A program made the position numbers and the translations under genes. Of a stretch of 43,729 nt of DNA, positions 1-9,449 are shown one piece after another (the stretch's first letter is position 1; every line of letters begins with the position of its first letter). Source of the stretch: Campylobacterota bacterium (GTDB taxonomy: Bacteria > Campylobacterota > Campylobacteria > Campylobacterales > Arcobacteraceae); NCBI GenBank assembly GCA_051746405.1, contig JBNJFB010000017.1, positions 1 through 43,729 of the forward strand, written 5' to 3'. The notes below the pieces were generated by a model. That model saw only the letters and a program-made list of their open reading frames with translations, was not told the origin of the DNA and searched no databases.

Positions 1-29
1 CCCGGCGTTTTAACGCCGGGCTTTTTTAT
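1..29. repeat. GC-rich perfect hairpin at the window edge; possible right end of an IS200/IS605-type element or other repeat
   Basis: CCCGGCGTT-TT-AACGCCGGG (1-20) followed by CTTTTTTAT. Composition is unlike the AT-rich coding sequence it runs into. Confidence 0.45.
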
Positions 30-30
30 T

Positions 31-1179
31 GGCAAGTGGTTTTTAAGAAAGTATATTCTAGGGGCTGATGAAAATCAACCAGAAGAGGTATCAAAGAAAA
101 GAGCAAATTTTTTTATAATTTATGCTATATTGACATGGCTTTATAGATTCTTTTTATTTCTAGCAATAGCTGTTATTGTTTACAATTTTGCTTTTAAAGC
201 ACTAGGTATAATTCTTTTTATAACTGAAATATTTTGGTTTATAGTTTTACCTATCTATAAAGAACTAAAAGTTTGGACTACAAAGATAAAAGATGTGAGA
301 TTAAATATGAGAAATTTGACAAGTCTTAGTATATTTATTGGTTTTATTTTTTTATTGGTTTATCCTTGGAATACAAAAGTAAGAATGCCCGCAGTTATTG
401 AAGTAAATAAGTTAAATAACTATTATGTAAAAGATGATGTACAAATAGAAACAGTACATTTTGAAGATGGAAAAAAAGTCAAAAAGGGTGATTTACTTAT
501 AACCTTTAGTTCAAAGCAGAATCTATATGAACTAGAACAAATAAAAAAACAGATAAAACTTATAAGTATGAAACTAAATAAAGTTGCAGCAAAAAGAGAT
601 ATACTAAATAATAGATTAATTTTACAGCAAAGACTCTTGCAAAAACAGAGACAAAAAAGTGTTTTACAAAAGAGGATTAAGCAATTAAAAGTAGAAGCAA
701 AATTTGATGGAATAGTTTATGCAAATCAAGTTTTACATAAAAATAAGTGGGTAAATCAACAGCAACCAATATTTACACTTTTTGATTCTAAAGAGGCTAC
801 TTTAAAAGCATACTGTAAGCAAGAAGATTTATCAAGCTTAAGTGTAGATGCAAAAGCAACTTTCTTTTTAAAAAGTGGAGATGTTAAGCCTTTAGAAGCT
901 AAAGTTATTGATATATCAAATGTATCTTTAGGATATTTAAAATATCAAGAGTTAGCATCAATTTACAATGGTAGTATAGCTATTAGTAAAGACTCAAACA
1001 ACCAACTAAGAACACAAAAAGCATACTATGAAGTTCAAGCAAAGATACTTGAAAATATTCACCAACTAAATAATCAAAGAAGAGTTGGTACTTTAGTAGT
1101 AGATTCTCAACCAAGAAGTATAATAAAACAGATTTATTTAAATATTGCAGCTGTTTTTATAAAAGAGTCAAATTTTTAA
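31..1179 (+). CDS. 5'-truncated peptidase M50-like membrane domain fused to a HlyD-type membrane-fusion domain
   Basis: Frame is open upstream of the ORF-track start (GKWFLRKYILG...YAILTWLYRFFLFLAIAVIVY). TM helices are followed by a lipoyl-like half motif (G.KVKKGDLL), a coiled coil and a second half motif (AKFDGIV). No native start is visible. Confidence 0.7.
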   Translation, partial: GKWFLRKYILGADENQPEEVSKKRANFFIIYAILTWLYRFFLFLAIAVIVYNFAFKALGIILFITEIFWFIVLPIYKELKVWTTKIKDVRLNMRNLTSLSIFIGFIFLLVYPWNTKVRMPAVIEVNKLNNYYVKDDVQIETVHFEDGKKVKKGDLLITFSSKQNLYELEQIKKQIKLISMKLNKVAAKRDILNNRLILQQRLLQKQRQKSVLQKRIKQLKVEAKFDGIVYANQVLHKNKWVNQQQPIFTLFDSKEATLKAYCKQEDLSSLSVDAKATFFLKSGDVKPLEAKVIDISNVSLGYLKYQELASIYNGSIAISKDSNNQLRTQKAYYEVQAKILENIHQLNNQRRVGTLVVDSQPRSIIKQIYLNIAAVFIKESNF

Positions 1180-1261
1180 TAATTAGTTTAAAAAAACAGA
1201 TTAACCCGTTATTATCTTTAATTGGGTAAAATAATAAAAACATAATACATAGGAAAGAAAA

Positions 1262-1756
1262 ATGCCTAGAAAAAAGAGTTTAAAAAATAAAATTTTAGAC
1301 TATATTTATATTACATCAAACCAGCCAATGCTACTTAAAGATTTATTGGATGCAAATAGACAGTACAATCAAGGAATGCATGTGGACCCTGGAAAAATTG
1401 GTTTTAGACTAAAGCTAGCAAGAGCATATTTGGTCTATATTTGTATTGTATTAGCAATACTAATTCCTATTTCAGCCTTAACTCATAAGCCCTTAGCAAA
1501 TATTGACCCACACATCTCTATTATTGGAGCTATGATTATAACTGCAATTATATTTATTGGGTTTAACTTTTTTAGGTCTAAAATGAGAGACTATATCACT
1601 TTAAGGCTTATTAAAAAATCTTGGGAGCTTAGATTTCCTTATTTTTCATATGATGAGTACTCAAAAAAAATAAATGAAATATTTGAGCAATCTATCAAAG
1701 ATGAAATTTCAAAAAGAGACTTAGAAAAGTATATCTTAGAAAAGTTATCTGATTAG
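1262..1756 (+). CDS. hypothetical membrane protein (2 TM)
   Basis: 164-aa ORF with AGGA RBS and two hydrophobic segments. Confidence 0.75.
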   Translation: MPRKKSLKNKILDYIYITSNQPMLLKDLLDANRQYNQGMHVDPGKIGFRLKLARAYLVYICIVLAILIPISALTHKPLANIDPHISIIGAMIITAIIFIGFNFFRSKMRDYITLRLIKKSWELRFPYFSYDEYSKKINEIFEQSIKDEISKRDLEKYILEKLSD

Positions 1757-1775
1757 TTAAAGTACGAAATTAAAG

Positions 1776-2522
1776 CTATTTATCATAAATAGCTTTTGCT
1801 TCTTTATTCCTTTGTTTTTTTAACTCCATATCAATATATTTACCTATGCTATTTTGATAGTTTTTAAAACATAAAGATGATTTTGTATTTATTGGTGTAT
1901 ATTCATAAATAAAGTAGCCAGCTTCATTCATGGATAACCTAACAGGGGTTGCTACTGAATAAGTGGAGATTATAGAGTTTTTATGGCTTATTTTATATAT
2001 ATCATCAAAATACTCTTTTGTCCATAACTCCATATTAACTTCACTAGAGAAGGCATCTTGGTAAACTATATCGAAAAAGTTTTTATCAAAACCTTTTATG
2101 TATTCTCTAGCATCACCTATATAAACTTCTATTTTAATATTTTCATCTTCATATCTATTTGTTTTACTTACTTGTTTTATTATATGCTTTATTGATTCAA
2201 ACTCTTTTGGAAAATTAAACCTTTCTAGTGACCGTACAAGATTACCATCTAGTTCAGGAGAGTAGATATTTATCTTATGGTTTAAAGAGTTCTTTAAAAT
2301 ATAGTAAATAGTTGAGAATGTATTGTAACCCAATCCAAAGCAGATATCTAAGATATTTAGTGTTCTTTGATTCTGTTTATATTTTAGCGTAGGAACTATA
2401 TGTTTTGTCAATGACTCATTTATAGCTCCATCCTTTGGATTATGGTAGTGTTGTTTGTATTGATTTGAGTAAAGTGTATTTGACCCATCATGGGTTTTAA
2501 CTATATTTTCTAATAGTTCCAA
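1776..2522 (-). CDS. MnmC N-terminal-like (MnmD-type) tRNA mnm5s2U34 SAM-dependent methyltransferase
   Basis: DGSNTLYS..Y.QHYH, LDICFGLGYN, GDARE and YQDAFS...ELW motifs; no FAD oxidase domain. Confidence 0.8.
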   Translation of the reverse strand: MELLENIVKTHDGSNTLYSNQYKQHYHNPKDGAINESLTKHIVPTLKYKQNQRTLNILDICFGLGYNTFSTIYYILKNSLNHKINIYSPELDGNLVRSLERFNFPKEFESIKHIIKQVSKTNRYEDENIKIEVYIGDAREYIKGFDKNFFDIVYQDAFSSEVNMELWTKEYFDDIYKISHKNSIISTYSVATPVRLSMNEAGYFIYEYTPINTKSSLCFKNYQNSIGKYIDMELKKQRNKEAKAIYDK

Positions 2523-2525
2523 TTT

Positions 2526-2969
2526 TTAAAGTCCATTATCCCAATGGTGCATCTTTTTTGCAGTTATTAGGTTGTAGTTTTCAAACAACTCAATGTTATT
2601 AGGTGCTTGAAAACCTGTATTTTCTACAAGCTCTAAAATCTCTTCTTTATTATTATTATTTTTATTTTCCAAAATAATAATATTTCCTGAGTTTTCAATA
2701 GCTTTATATATTAGTTTTAGGATTTTATCTTTATTTGGACAGTAAGATAAAATATCTCCTAAAACTACATACTCATACTCTCTTGCAGTAGCTCTTAGCC
2801 TTGCAGAGTTTTCATTTTCAAAGTTTATATATTTGACATTTCCACCATTAAAGCATCTAATCTGTTCTAATGTTTCATCTAAAAGTCCTACAGAGTTATC
2901 AATATGCAAAATTGCAATATTTGGGTAGTCTGCAAATAGACCTTTGAAAAGCTCTAGGTTTTTACTCAA
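2526..2969 (-). CDS. hypothetical protein, possibly a degenerate class I methyltransferase fold
   Basis: 147-aa ORF packed between luxS and the MnmD-like gene. The YEYVVLGDIL...IYKAIENSGNIIILE segment resembles the C-terminal half of SAM methyltransferases. Confidence 0.6.
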   Translation of the reverse strand: MSKNLELFKGLFADYPNIAILHIDNSVGLLDETLEQIRCFNGGNVKYINFENENSARLRATAREYEYVVLGDILSYCPNKDKILKLIYKAIENSGNIIILENKNNNNKEEILELVENTGFQAPNNIELFENYNLITAKKMHHWDNGL

Positions 2970-2972
2970 CTT

Positions 2973-3488
2973 CTAGTTACCTAAAGCGTTTAATTTCTCA
3001 TCTGATAAGTATAACTCTTTGTTTGACATCACACCAATATCACTATCTAAAATCTCTTGAGCAATTTGCTTTGCTTCTTCTAATGAGTGCATTTTATATG
3101 TACCACATTGGTATTTATTTAGTTCGGGAATATCATTTTGAGATTTAACTTTTAAAACATCTTCCATAGCTTTACTCCAAGCAGTAGCTACTTGCTTCTC
3201 ATCAGGGCTACCTAAGAGACTCATATAAAAACCAGTTCTACAACCCATAGGGGATACATCAATAACTTCAATATTATCAGAGTTTAAATGCTCTCTAATA
3301 AATCCTGCAAATAGATGCTCTAAGGTATGAATGCCTTTTTCACCTAAGTTGTTCTCATTTGGAACACAAAATCTTAAATCAAAAACTGTAATAATATCAC
3401 CAGATGGTGACTTCATAGTCTTTGCAACTCTAACAGCAGGTGCTGGCATCATAGTATGATCAACTCTAAAACTATCTAATAATGGCAT
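2973..3488 (-). CDS. luxS: S-ribosylhomocysteine lyase (AI-2 synthase)
   Basis: [26 protein letters not shown] and QCG motifs. Confidence 0.98.
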   Translation of the reverse strand: MPLLDSFRVDHTMMPAPAVRVAKTMKSPSGDIITVFDLRFCVPNENNLGEKGIHTLEHLFAGFIREHLNSDNIEVIDVSPMGCRTGFYMSLLGSPDEKQVATAWSKAMEDVLKVKSQNDIPELNKYQCGTYKMHSLEEAKQIAQEILDSDIGVMSNKELYLSDEKLNALGN

Positions 3489-3553
3489 AATTCATCCTTT
3501 TTTTTATATTTATAATTATTTGTATTTAGGGTTTGATTATATCTAAAGTTAAG

Positions 3554-3937
3554 TTAGTACTCTATTTTATCTATTATAGTTTCCAAATATCTAGTAGCTT
3601 TTCTTTTTTGTAGATAAGCAAACCCAACTACAAAAATAACTCCAATACCATATGTTAACAAAATAGCTAAGATAATCAAAATAGTTAAGATTAAAGTATC
3701 GTGTAAAATAGCATCTATATTTAAAAAATAGTGACCTTGTTTTTTTTCTATGTTTAGTTTAAAGTTGTACTTCAAAAGTGTATCAAGGTGAAGTTTATCA
3801 ATACTTAATGAACTTGACTCTTTTTGATACTCATAGCTTCTTTCTTGTTGAAGTTTATTATTTATAGTATTTATAAACTCATCTTTTGATGACTTTAAAG
3901 TAATCTTCTTTTGAAGTTTTATATCAAATAATCCCAT
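3554..3937 (-). CDS. hypothetical membrane protein
   Basis: 127-aa ORF with AAGG RBS and a C-terminal hydrophobic hairpin. Confidence 0.7.
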   Translation of the reverse strand: MGLFDIKLQKKITLKSSKDEFINTINNKLQQERSYEYQKESSSLSIDKLHLDTLLKYNFKLNIEKKQGHYFLNIDAILHDTLILTILIILAILLTYGIGVIFVVGFAYLQKRKATRYLETIIDKIEY

Positions 3938-3971
3938 AGTATGCCTTATAGTTTTATTTTAGTATAGCATC

Positions 3972-4121
3972 TTAAATAACAAAGTGCCGAGAAAAGCTGT
4001 TTGTAAAATATACAGCTGTATAGAATATGGAAGTTTTTTTCAAATCAAGTCTAAATTTAAGTTTGTATAAATAAAACTATTGAAAAACTTTTAATTCCAC
4101 TTGGCTTAACACTTGATTTAG
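3972..4121. other. structured intergenic element (imperfect long palindrome); candidate ncRNA or miniature repeat element
   Basis: Nested complementary segments AAGTG/CACTT, GCCGAG/CTTGGC, TGGAA/TTCCA and AAGTTTTT(TT)CAA/TTGAAAAACTT, plus a perfect 14-bp palindrome at 4009-4022. Confidence 0.4.
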
Positions 4122-4236
4122 TTATCACAAATAGGACTAATTAGTGCAAATAGGAAAAGTATATCGTAATAATAAATTTGTAGGTCTTATAAAAAGAGAT
4201 TAAAAAGAGTCAACTATCAAATAGATAAGTGATAAT

Positions 4237-5280
4237 CTAATCTTTCAACCTCTTAGCAAAAATAGGAGCTATATTCATCACTATAAAAAGTCTTACTATA
4301 TGATGTAGGGTTATGTATGGTACATTTGCACCTACTAGTATGGCTATTAGGTTTAGTTCGGCTTGTCCACCTGGACTAAAAGCTAGGATTGTAGAGATGA
4401 TTGGAAAACCAAAACTAAAGTATGCAATTGTTATAAAAATACTTGATATTAAAGCTAGTATAATAAAATGCCCAAAGGTAGCTACTAAAGTTTTTATTAT
4501 TGTTTTTAGTTCAACTCCTTTAAATGTAAAGCCAATTATTGTTCCAAAGACCACTTGCACAAACTTCAAAAATTCATCGGGTACGGTAGTTGTTATCACT
4601 CCTGTTGAGTGTACAAGTATACTTATAAGCATAGGACCGATTAAGTATGCAGCTGATAACTTGATATTTTTAGCAATAGAGCCTGCAATAAACCCTAAGA
4701 CTATTAGTATTGCTAACTCTTGAATATTAATATTTGATATTGAAGTTGTGATTAGTTTGTTTCCACTTATATCAACTTTAAAGATATATTGAATGATAAA
4801 AGGTAAGGTTACAACTATGAAAAATAGTCTAGAGGATTGTACTAAAGTGATTTTTGAGATATTTGCTTTTATCTCTTCACCTATTATGACCATCTCTATG
4901 ACTCCACCTGGCATGGAGCTTAGGTAAGCAGTTTTTTTATCAAAGCCTTGATATCTATTATAATAGTACATCCCTGCAATAATAGTAATAATAGTAAAAG
5001 GAATAACTAAAAAAAGACTATAAAGATACACATCAACATATGCTAAAATTTCAGGGGTAAAAGCACTTCCAATAGTAAGACCTATAAGTACTCTAGCAGG
5101 AGTGGAAAAAGGTTTGGGACTTTTTATTGGAAGTTTTTCAAATCTCATAGCAAGTGAAGATGCAAAGATAGCACCTAAAAGCCAAGGCAGTGGCAAACCT
5201 AAAAAAATAAAAAGTATAGAGCCAATAACTCCTATACCAAGAGCATAAATCATTTGTAAAAATCTATTTGTGTTTATCAT
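4237..5280 (-). CDS. AbrB-family duplicated membrane protein
   Basis: LPLPWLLG, GLTIGSAFTP, MPGG and SPGG motifs in an internally duplicated multi-TM protein. Confidence 0.88.
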   Translation of the reverse strand: MINTNRFLQMIYALGIGVIGSILFIFLGLPLPWLLGAIFASSLAMRFEKLPIKSPKPFSTPARVLIGLTIGSAFTPEILAYVDVYLYSLFLVIPFTIITIIAGMYYYNRYQGFDKKTAYLSSMPGGVIEMVIIGEEIKANISKITLVQSSRLFFIVVTLPFIIQYIFKVDISGNKLITTSISNINIQELAILIVLGFIAGSIAKNIKLSAAYLIGPMLISILVHSTGVITTTVPDEFLKFVQVVFGTIIGFTFKGVELKTIIKTLVATFGHFIILALISSIFITIAYFSFGFPIISTILAFSPGGQAELNLIAILVGANVPYITLHHIVRLFIVMNIAPIFAKRLKD

Positions 5281-5385
5281 TAAATTCCTGTAAGTTAATT
5301 AAAGATTTTAAATGAATTGTATTAAATGTAAGCTTTAAATATGTAGTAATGTGAGTTTGTTTAGTATTTATAAGTTGATTATATA

Positions 5386-5413
5386 TTAAGATAGGAAGAA
5401 TCTCCTATCTTAA
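5386..5413 (-). terminator. hairpin terminator after porB
   Basis: TTAAGATAGGA-agaatc-TCCTATCTTAA directly after the porB stop. Confidence 0.7.
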
Positions 5414-5415
5414 AA

Positions 5416-6372
5416 CTACATTCTAATCTCTTCTCTTTTTTGTAAAAATTCCCATCTTTTATCAATTCTTTTTTGCCACTCATCTAATACATGCTCATAT
5501 TCAGGTTTAAATAAGTGTTTAAATCTTGGTTGAGCTGCAAGATAGTCCCTAACAGGAATAATATTTTTTGGTCTATAAGTGATATTTAACTCTTTACCAT
5601 CAATGATTTCATATAATGGGAAAACAAGTGAATCAACAGCTAAATCAGATACCTCAATAGTTTGATTTGGTGCAAATTTCCACTCTGTTGTACAAGCAGA
5701 CATGGCATTTATAAACACAGGACCCTCTGTATCAAACCCTCTTTGAATCTTTTTAACCATATCTTTCCATTTATTAGGTGCAACTTGTGCAACATAAGGA
5801 GCACCGTGAGCTGCCATGATAGAAACAATATCTTTTTTCTGTTTCTTTTCACCATATGAGTGACTCCCTGAGGGTGCTGTTGTAGTGGAAGAACCAATTG
5901 GAGTAGATGAAGATCGCTGACCTCCTGTGTTTGCATAAACTTCATTGTCAAGACAAACATACATCATATTGTGTCCTCTTTCAAAACAACCTGAAATCCA
6001 CTGGAAACCAATATCATAAGTAGAACCATCTCCACCAAATGTTACAAACTTTGGCTCTGGCTCATCAGCAGGTATTCTACCTTTATTTCTTAGAGCTTTA
6101 TTCATAGTCTCAACACCTGCCATTGCAGTTGAAGAGTTTTCAAATCCAATATGAATCCATGAACAATCCCACGATGTATGAGGATAAATAGCTGTACAAA
6201 CTTCTAAACATCCAGTTGATGCAGAAACAACTAAGTTATCATTTGTTGCATTTAAAACTTCTCTAACAATAATAGAGTGAGCACAACCTGGACATAAAAG
6301 GTGAGAACCCTCAAATCTTTCAGCCGCTGTTGAAAACGTCTTTAAGTTTTTAATTACTTTTTGTGTACTCAT
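5416..6372 (-). CDS. porB: pyruvate:ferredoxin/flavodoxin oxidoreductase beta subunit
   Basis: LCPGC, TGCLEV and TPP-binding GGDG...DNEVYANTGGQRS. Confidence 0.95.
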   Translation of the reverse strand: MSTQKVIKNLKTFSTAAERFEGSHLLCPGCAHSIIVREVLNATNDNLVVSASTGCLEVCTAIYPHTSWDCSWIHIGFENSSTAMAGVETMNKALRNKGRIPADEPEPKFVTFGGDGSTYDIGFQWISGCFERGHNMMYVCLDNEVYANTGGQRSSSTPIGSSTTTAPSGSHSYGEKKQKKDIVSIMAAHGAPYVAQVAPNKWKDMVKKIQRGFDTEGPVFINAMSACTTEWKFAPNQTIEVSDLAVDSLVFPLYEIIDGKELNITYRPKNIIPVRDYLAAQPRFKHLFKPEYEHVLDEWQKRIDKRWEFLQKREEIRM

Positions 6373-6374
6373 AT

Positions 6375-7613
6375 TTACTTTCCTTTTGCATCATAGAAGC
6401 TTAACTCAGGTCCTCTAACTCCAATTAATTTTTGGATTTTACCTGATAGTTTACCATCTTTAGCTTCTTTATCTAATGTTCTAAAAATATCTTTTAGTGC
6501 AGAAATTGTCATATCTCTACCACCTAAACCATAAATTAAGTTTGACATTAAAGGTTTAGCAGGAGTATTTATTAAAGCACCTGCAACTTCATTATATAGT
6601 GCACCAACAGTTCCACCAGGAGCACTTCTATCCATACAAGCAACAGCTTTTACATTTTGTAGTTCTTGTGCTACTTCTTCTAGTGGGAAAGGTCTAAACA
6701 GTCTTGGTGCAACAACACCTACTTTTATTCCCTCTTCTTTTCTAATTTCATCAATTGCCAACATAGCTGTTTCATAAGTTGAACCCAGACAAACAATAGC
6801 AACATTGGCATCTTCCGTACCATAAGTTTCAACAAGCTTATACTCTCTACCTGTTAATTCTTTAAATTCGTCAAAAACATCTTTTACAACATTTTTAGAA
6901 GCCATTAATGCAGCGTGCTGTTTTGCTTTATGTTCAAAGTGCCAATCTTGTTCAGTTTGCACACCATGCGTTACAGGTCTATCAAAGTTAAGTAAAGCAT
7001 TTACTTGAGTATATTCACCTACAAATTTAGAAGCGCTTTCATCACTTAATGGCCTAACATTTTGTGCTGTATGAGAAGTGATAAAACCATCTTGGTTTGA
7101 AATTACAGGAAGTCTCACATCTTTGTGTTCTGATATTTTAAAAGACATTAAAGTCATATCATAAGCTTCTTGAGGTGAAAATGCATCAATAGAAACCCAT
7201 CCACTATCTCTTGTAAGATATAAATCAGAGTGGTCACCATTTACATTTAGTGGAGCTGATAGTGCTCTATTTACCAAACAAAGTACAATAGGAATTCTCA
7301 TCCCAGATGCTTGATATAGTGTCTCAATCATAAGTGCAAGACCTTGTGAAGAGGTTGCAGTTGCTACTCTACCACCTGCTGCACCCGCACCAATACATCC
7401 AGACATAGCTGCATGTTCTGATTCTGTCATAATTACTTCACCATCAATATATCCATTTGCATGAAAGTTAGCATAATTTTCAACTGTTGCAGTTGATGGA
7501 GTAATAGGGTAAGCTGCAACCACATCCACATCAGCTTGTCTAATAGCTTGAGAGTTAGCCATGTTACCATCCCAAACTTCTACCTCATTTAATTCCATTT
7601 TTCTACTATTCAT
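6375..7613 (-). CDS. porA: pyruvate:ferredoxin/flavodoxin oxidoreductase alpha subunit
   Basis: AAYPITPST, ESEHAAMS, TATSSQGL and YGLGGRD. Confidence 0.95.
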   Translation of the reverse strand: MNSRKMELNEVEVWDGNMANSQAIRQADVDVVAAYPITPSTATVENYANFHANGYIDGEVIMTESEHAAMSGCIGAGAAGGRVATATSSQGLALMIETLYQASGMRIPIVLCLVNRALSAPLNVNGDHSDLYLTRDSGWVSIDAFSPQEAYDMTLMSFKISEHKDVRLPVISNQDGFITSHTAQNVRPLSDESASKFVGEYTQVNALLNFDRPVTHGVQTEQDWHFEHKAKQHAALMASKNVVKDVFDEFKELTGREYKLVETYGTEDANVAIVCLGSTYETAMLAIDEIRKEEGIKVGVVAPRLFRPFPLEEVAQELQNVKAVACMDRSAPGGTVGALYNEVAGALINTPAKPLMSNLIYGLGGRDMTISALKDIFRTLDKEAKDGKLSGKIQKLIGVRGPELSFYDAKGK

Positions 7614-8032
7614 TATTTTTCACCTCTTTTCTTTTTCTCAGGCCATTTTGCAAGAGCATCTTCTACTTTTTCGTATTCATTGAACATTAAAAGTGATTTT
7701 GGATTAGTAGGACATACACTAACACACAAACCACACCCTTTACAGTGTTCATAATCAATACCTTTCATCTCTTTGTTTCTTGCAATAATAGAAGTATCCG
7801 GACAGAATACCCAACAATTTTGACAGTCAATACATGTTTCTGAGTTCCAAACTGGTTTTAAAACTCTCCAGTCACTAACTGACATACTTTTTGAACTAGT
7901 CTCTGAATATTTTCTATCTTCTGGTTGAATTTGTGCTAGCTTATCATAATCTACTTTTTCATCAAATGTATATAAAGCTGCACCTGGAACTAGTTCGTCC
8001 CATCCCATCTCTTGAATTGGTTTACTCATCAT
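7613..8032 (-). CDS. porD: pyruvate:ferredoxin oxidoreductase delta subunit (2x[4Fe-4S])
   Basis: CIDCQNCWVFCP and CKGCGLCVSVCP; WR..KP. Confidence 0.93.
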   Translation of the reverse strand: MMSKPIQEMGWDELVPGAALYTFDEKVDYDKLAQIQPEDRKYSETSSKSMSVSDWRVLKPVWNSETCIDCQNCWVFCPDTSIIARNKEMKGIDYEHCKGCGLCVSVCPTNPKSLLMFNEYEKVEDALAKWPEKKKRGEK

Positions 8033-8040
8033 TTTATCCT

Positions 8041-8604
8041 TTAGTGAACTTCGTCGTAAGCTCTTTGGATTGCAATCATATTTGCATCAATCACTTGTTG
8101 TGGAAGTTTTTTCAAAACACCCTTCATCGCATCTTTGAAAAAATCTAACTCAAACATACCACTTACTTTCATAAATGCACCAAGCATTGGCGTATTTGGA
8201 ATAGCTTTTCCTATAGTATCTCTTGAAATCTGTAAACAGTCTAGTACAAATACTCTATCTTCAATAGACTGTAATTCAGGAATTGCATTTATCAAATCTT
8301 CTTTTTCTAAGTGAGTTGTAATAATATATTTTGTTGTATCTTTTGCATTAGCTGTAATATCATCTGTAAAAGCTAAACCTGGGTCTAAAATAAATACATA
8401 GTCTGGATTCATAAATTTTTCATGGTTAATAATTGTTTTATCATCTATTCTGTTATATGCAGTCATAGAAGCACCTCTTTTTGCTGATCCATAAAAAGCA
8501 AAGGCTTGTACCTCTTTTCCTGTACTAGCAACAACAGAACCAAGTCCTTTAGCACCTGTTACAGCACCTTGACCTGCCCGGCTATGCCATCTTATTTCTA
8601 ACAT
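8041..8604 (-). CDS. porG: pyruvate:ferredoxin oxidoreductase gamma subunit
   Basis: EIRWHSRAGQGAVT, YGSAKRG and PNTPMLGA. Confidence 0.93.
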   Translation of the reverse strand: MLEIRWHSRAGQGAVTGAKGLGSVVASTGKEVQAFAFYGSAKRGASMTAYNRIDDKTIINHEKFMNPDYVFILDPGLAFTDDITANAKDTTKYIITTHLEKEDLINAIPELQSIEDRVFVLDCLQISRDTIGKAIPNTPMLGAFMKVSGMFELDFFKDAMKGVLKKLPQQVIDANMIAIQRAYDEVH

Positions 8605-8789
8605 AATGGCTCCTTAATATTAAATTTGACTTAAAAAATTTAATTAGTCTTGAGTATTATATATACTTTTAACTTAGAGTGTACTTTGTATTACTTCAAA
8701 AAAGTTAAAAGTGTAACTTTTACACACACTAAAGTTATAGTATATCAAATAGAAATTACAAGATAGTTTCATATAAGATAAATAGAAGT

Positions 8790-9446
8790 TTAAATTTTTT
8801 CTTTTAAGAAGTTCACCGCAGTAAGTGCGTTTAAGTGGATATTTTCCGTATATTTTTTTAACTCATCTTTGTTGCTATATCCACAAAGTACACCTATGCT
8901 ATTTATTTTGGCACTTGATGCACTTAATAAATCAAGTTTAGTATCACCTATCATCCAAGCTTCATGAATTTGATTGTTATACTTCATACTTTCTAAAGTT
9001 TTTGTTATAGGTTCATGGTGCGGTTTTGGATTTTTTACATCCTCTCTACCTGTGATTATCTCAAAGTGCTCATTTAGTTTTAGGTTATTTAAAATAGGAA
9101 TAGTATATTGTCTTGTTTTTGTTGTAACAACAGAAACTCTTGCAAAACTTGCAGCTATATTTACAGCTTCAATTGCATCTTCTAAAAGGTAGGTTTGTTC
9201 AATTGAAATTTTTCTATAGTTTTGTTTATAAGAATCAACAAACTGCCACTTTAAAGCCTCACTTACACCTAAACTTGTAAACATAACATCAAGGGGATAG
9301 CCAATAAGTTTTTTAATCTCTTCATCATCTTTTTTAAAATCAAAGTTATTATCTAAAAAAGAGCTTTTAAAAGATGCTAAAATAGCATCAGTGGAGTCTA
9401 TTAGTGTCCCATCTAAATCAAATAGTATAATCTTATCTTTTTTCAT
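8790..9446 (-). CDS. HAD-family hydrolase (phosphoglycolate phosphatase-like)
   Basis: FDLDGTLIDS, VTTK, KP and IGDT..D motifs. Confidence 0.9.
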   Translation of the reverse strand: MKKDKIILFDLDGTLIDSTDAILASFKSSFLDNNFDFKKDDEEIKKLIGYPLDVMFTSLGVSEALKWQFVDSYKQNYRKISIEQTYLLEDAIEAVNIAASFARVSVVTTKTRQYTIPILNNLKLNEHFEIITGREDVKNPKPHHEPITKTLESMKYNNQIHEAWMIGDTKLDLLSASSAKINSIGVLCGYSNKDELKKYTENIHLNALTAVNFLKEKI

Positions 9447-9449
9447 AAC

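Noticed and set aside
61..80. GGGGCTGAT resembling the tmRNA 5' end
   Set aside because: It is inside an open coding frame, with no following GATTCGAC and no tRNA-like 3' end.
4237..5280. Ammonia monooxygenase interpretation of the AbrB-family gene
   Set aside because: That is a legacy family name; there are no amoCAB motifs or context.
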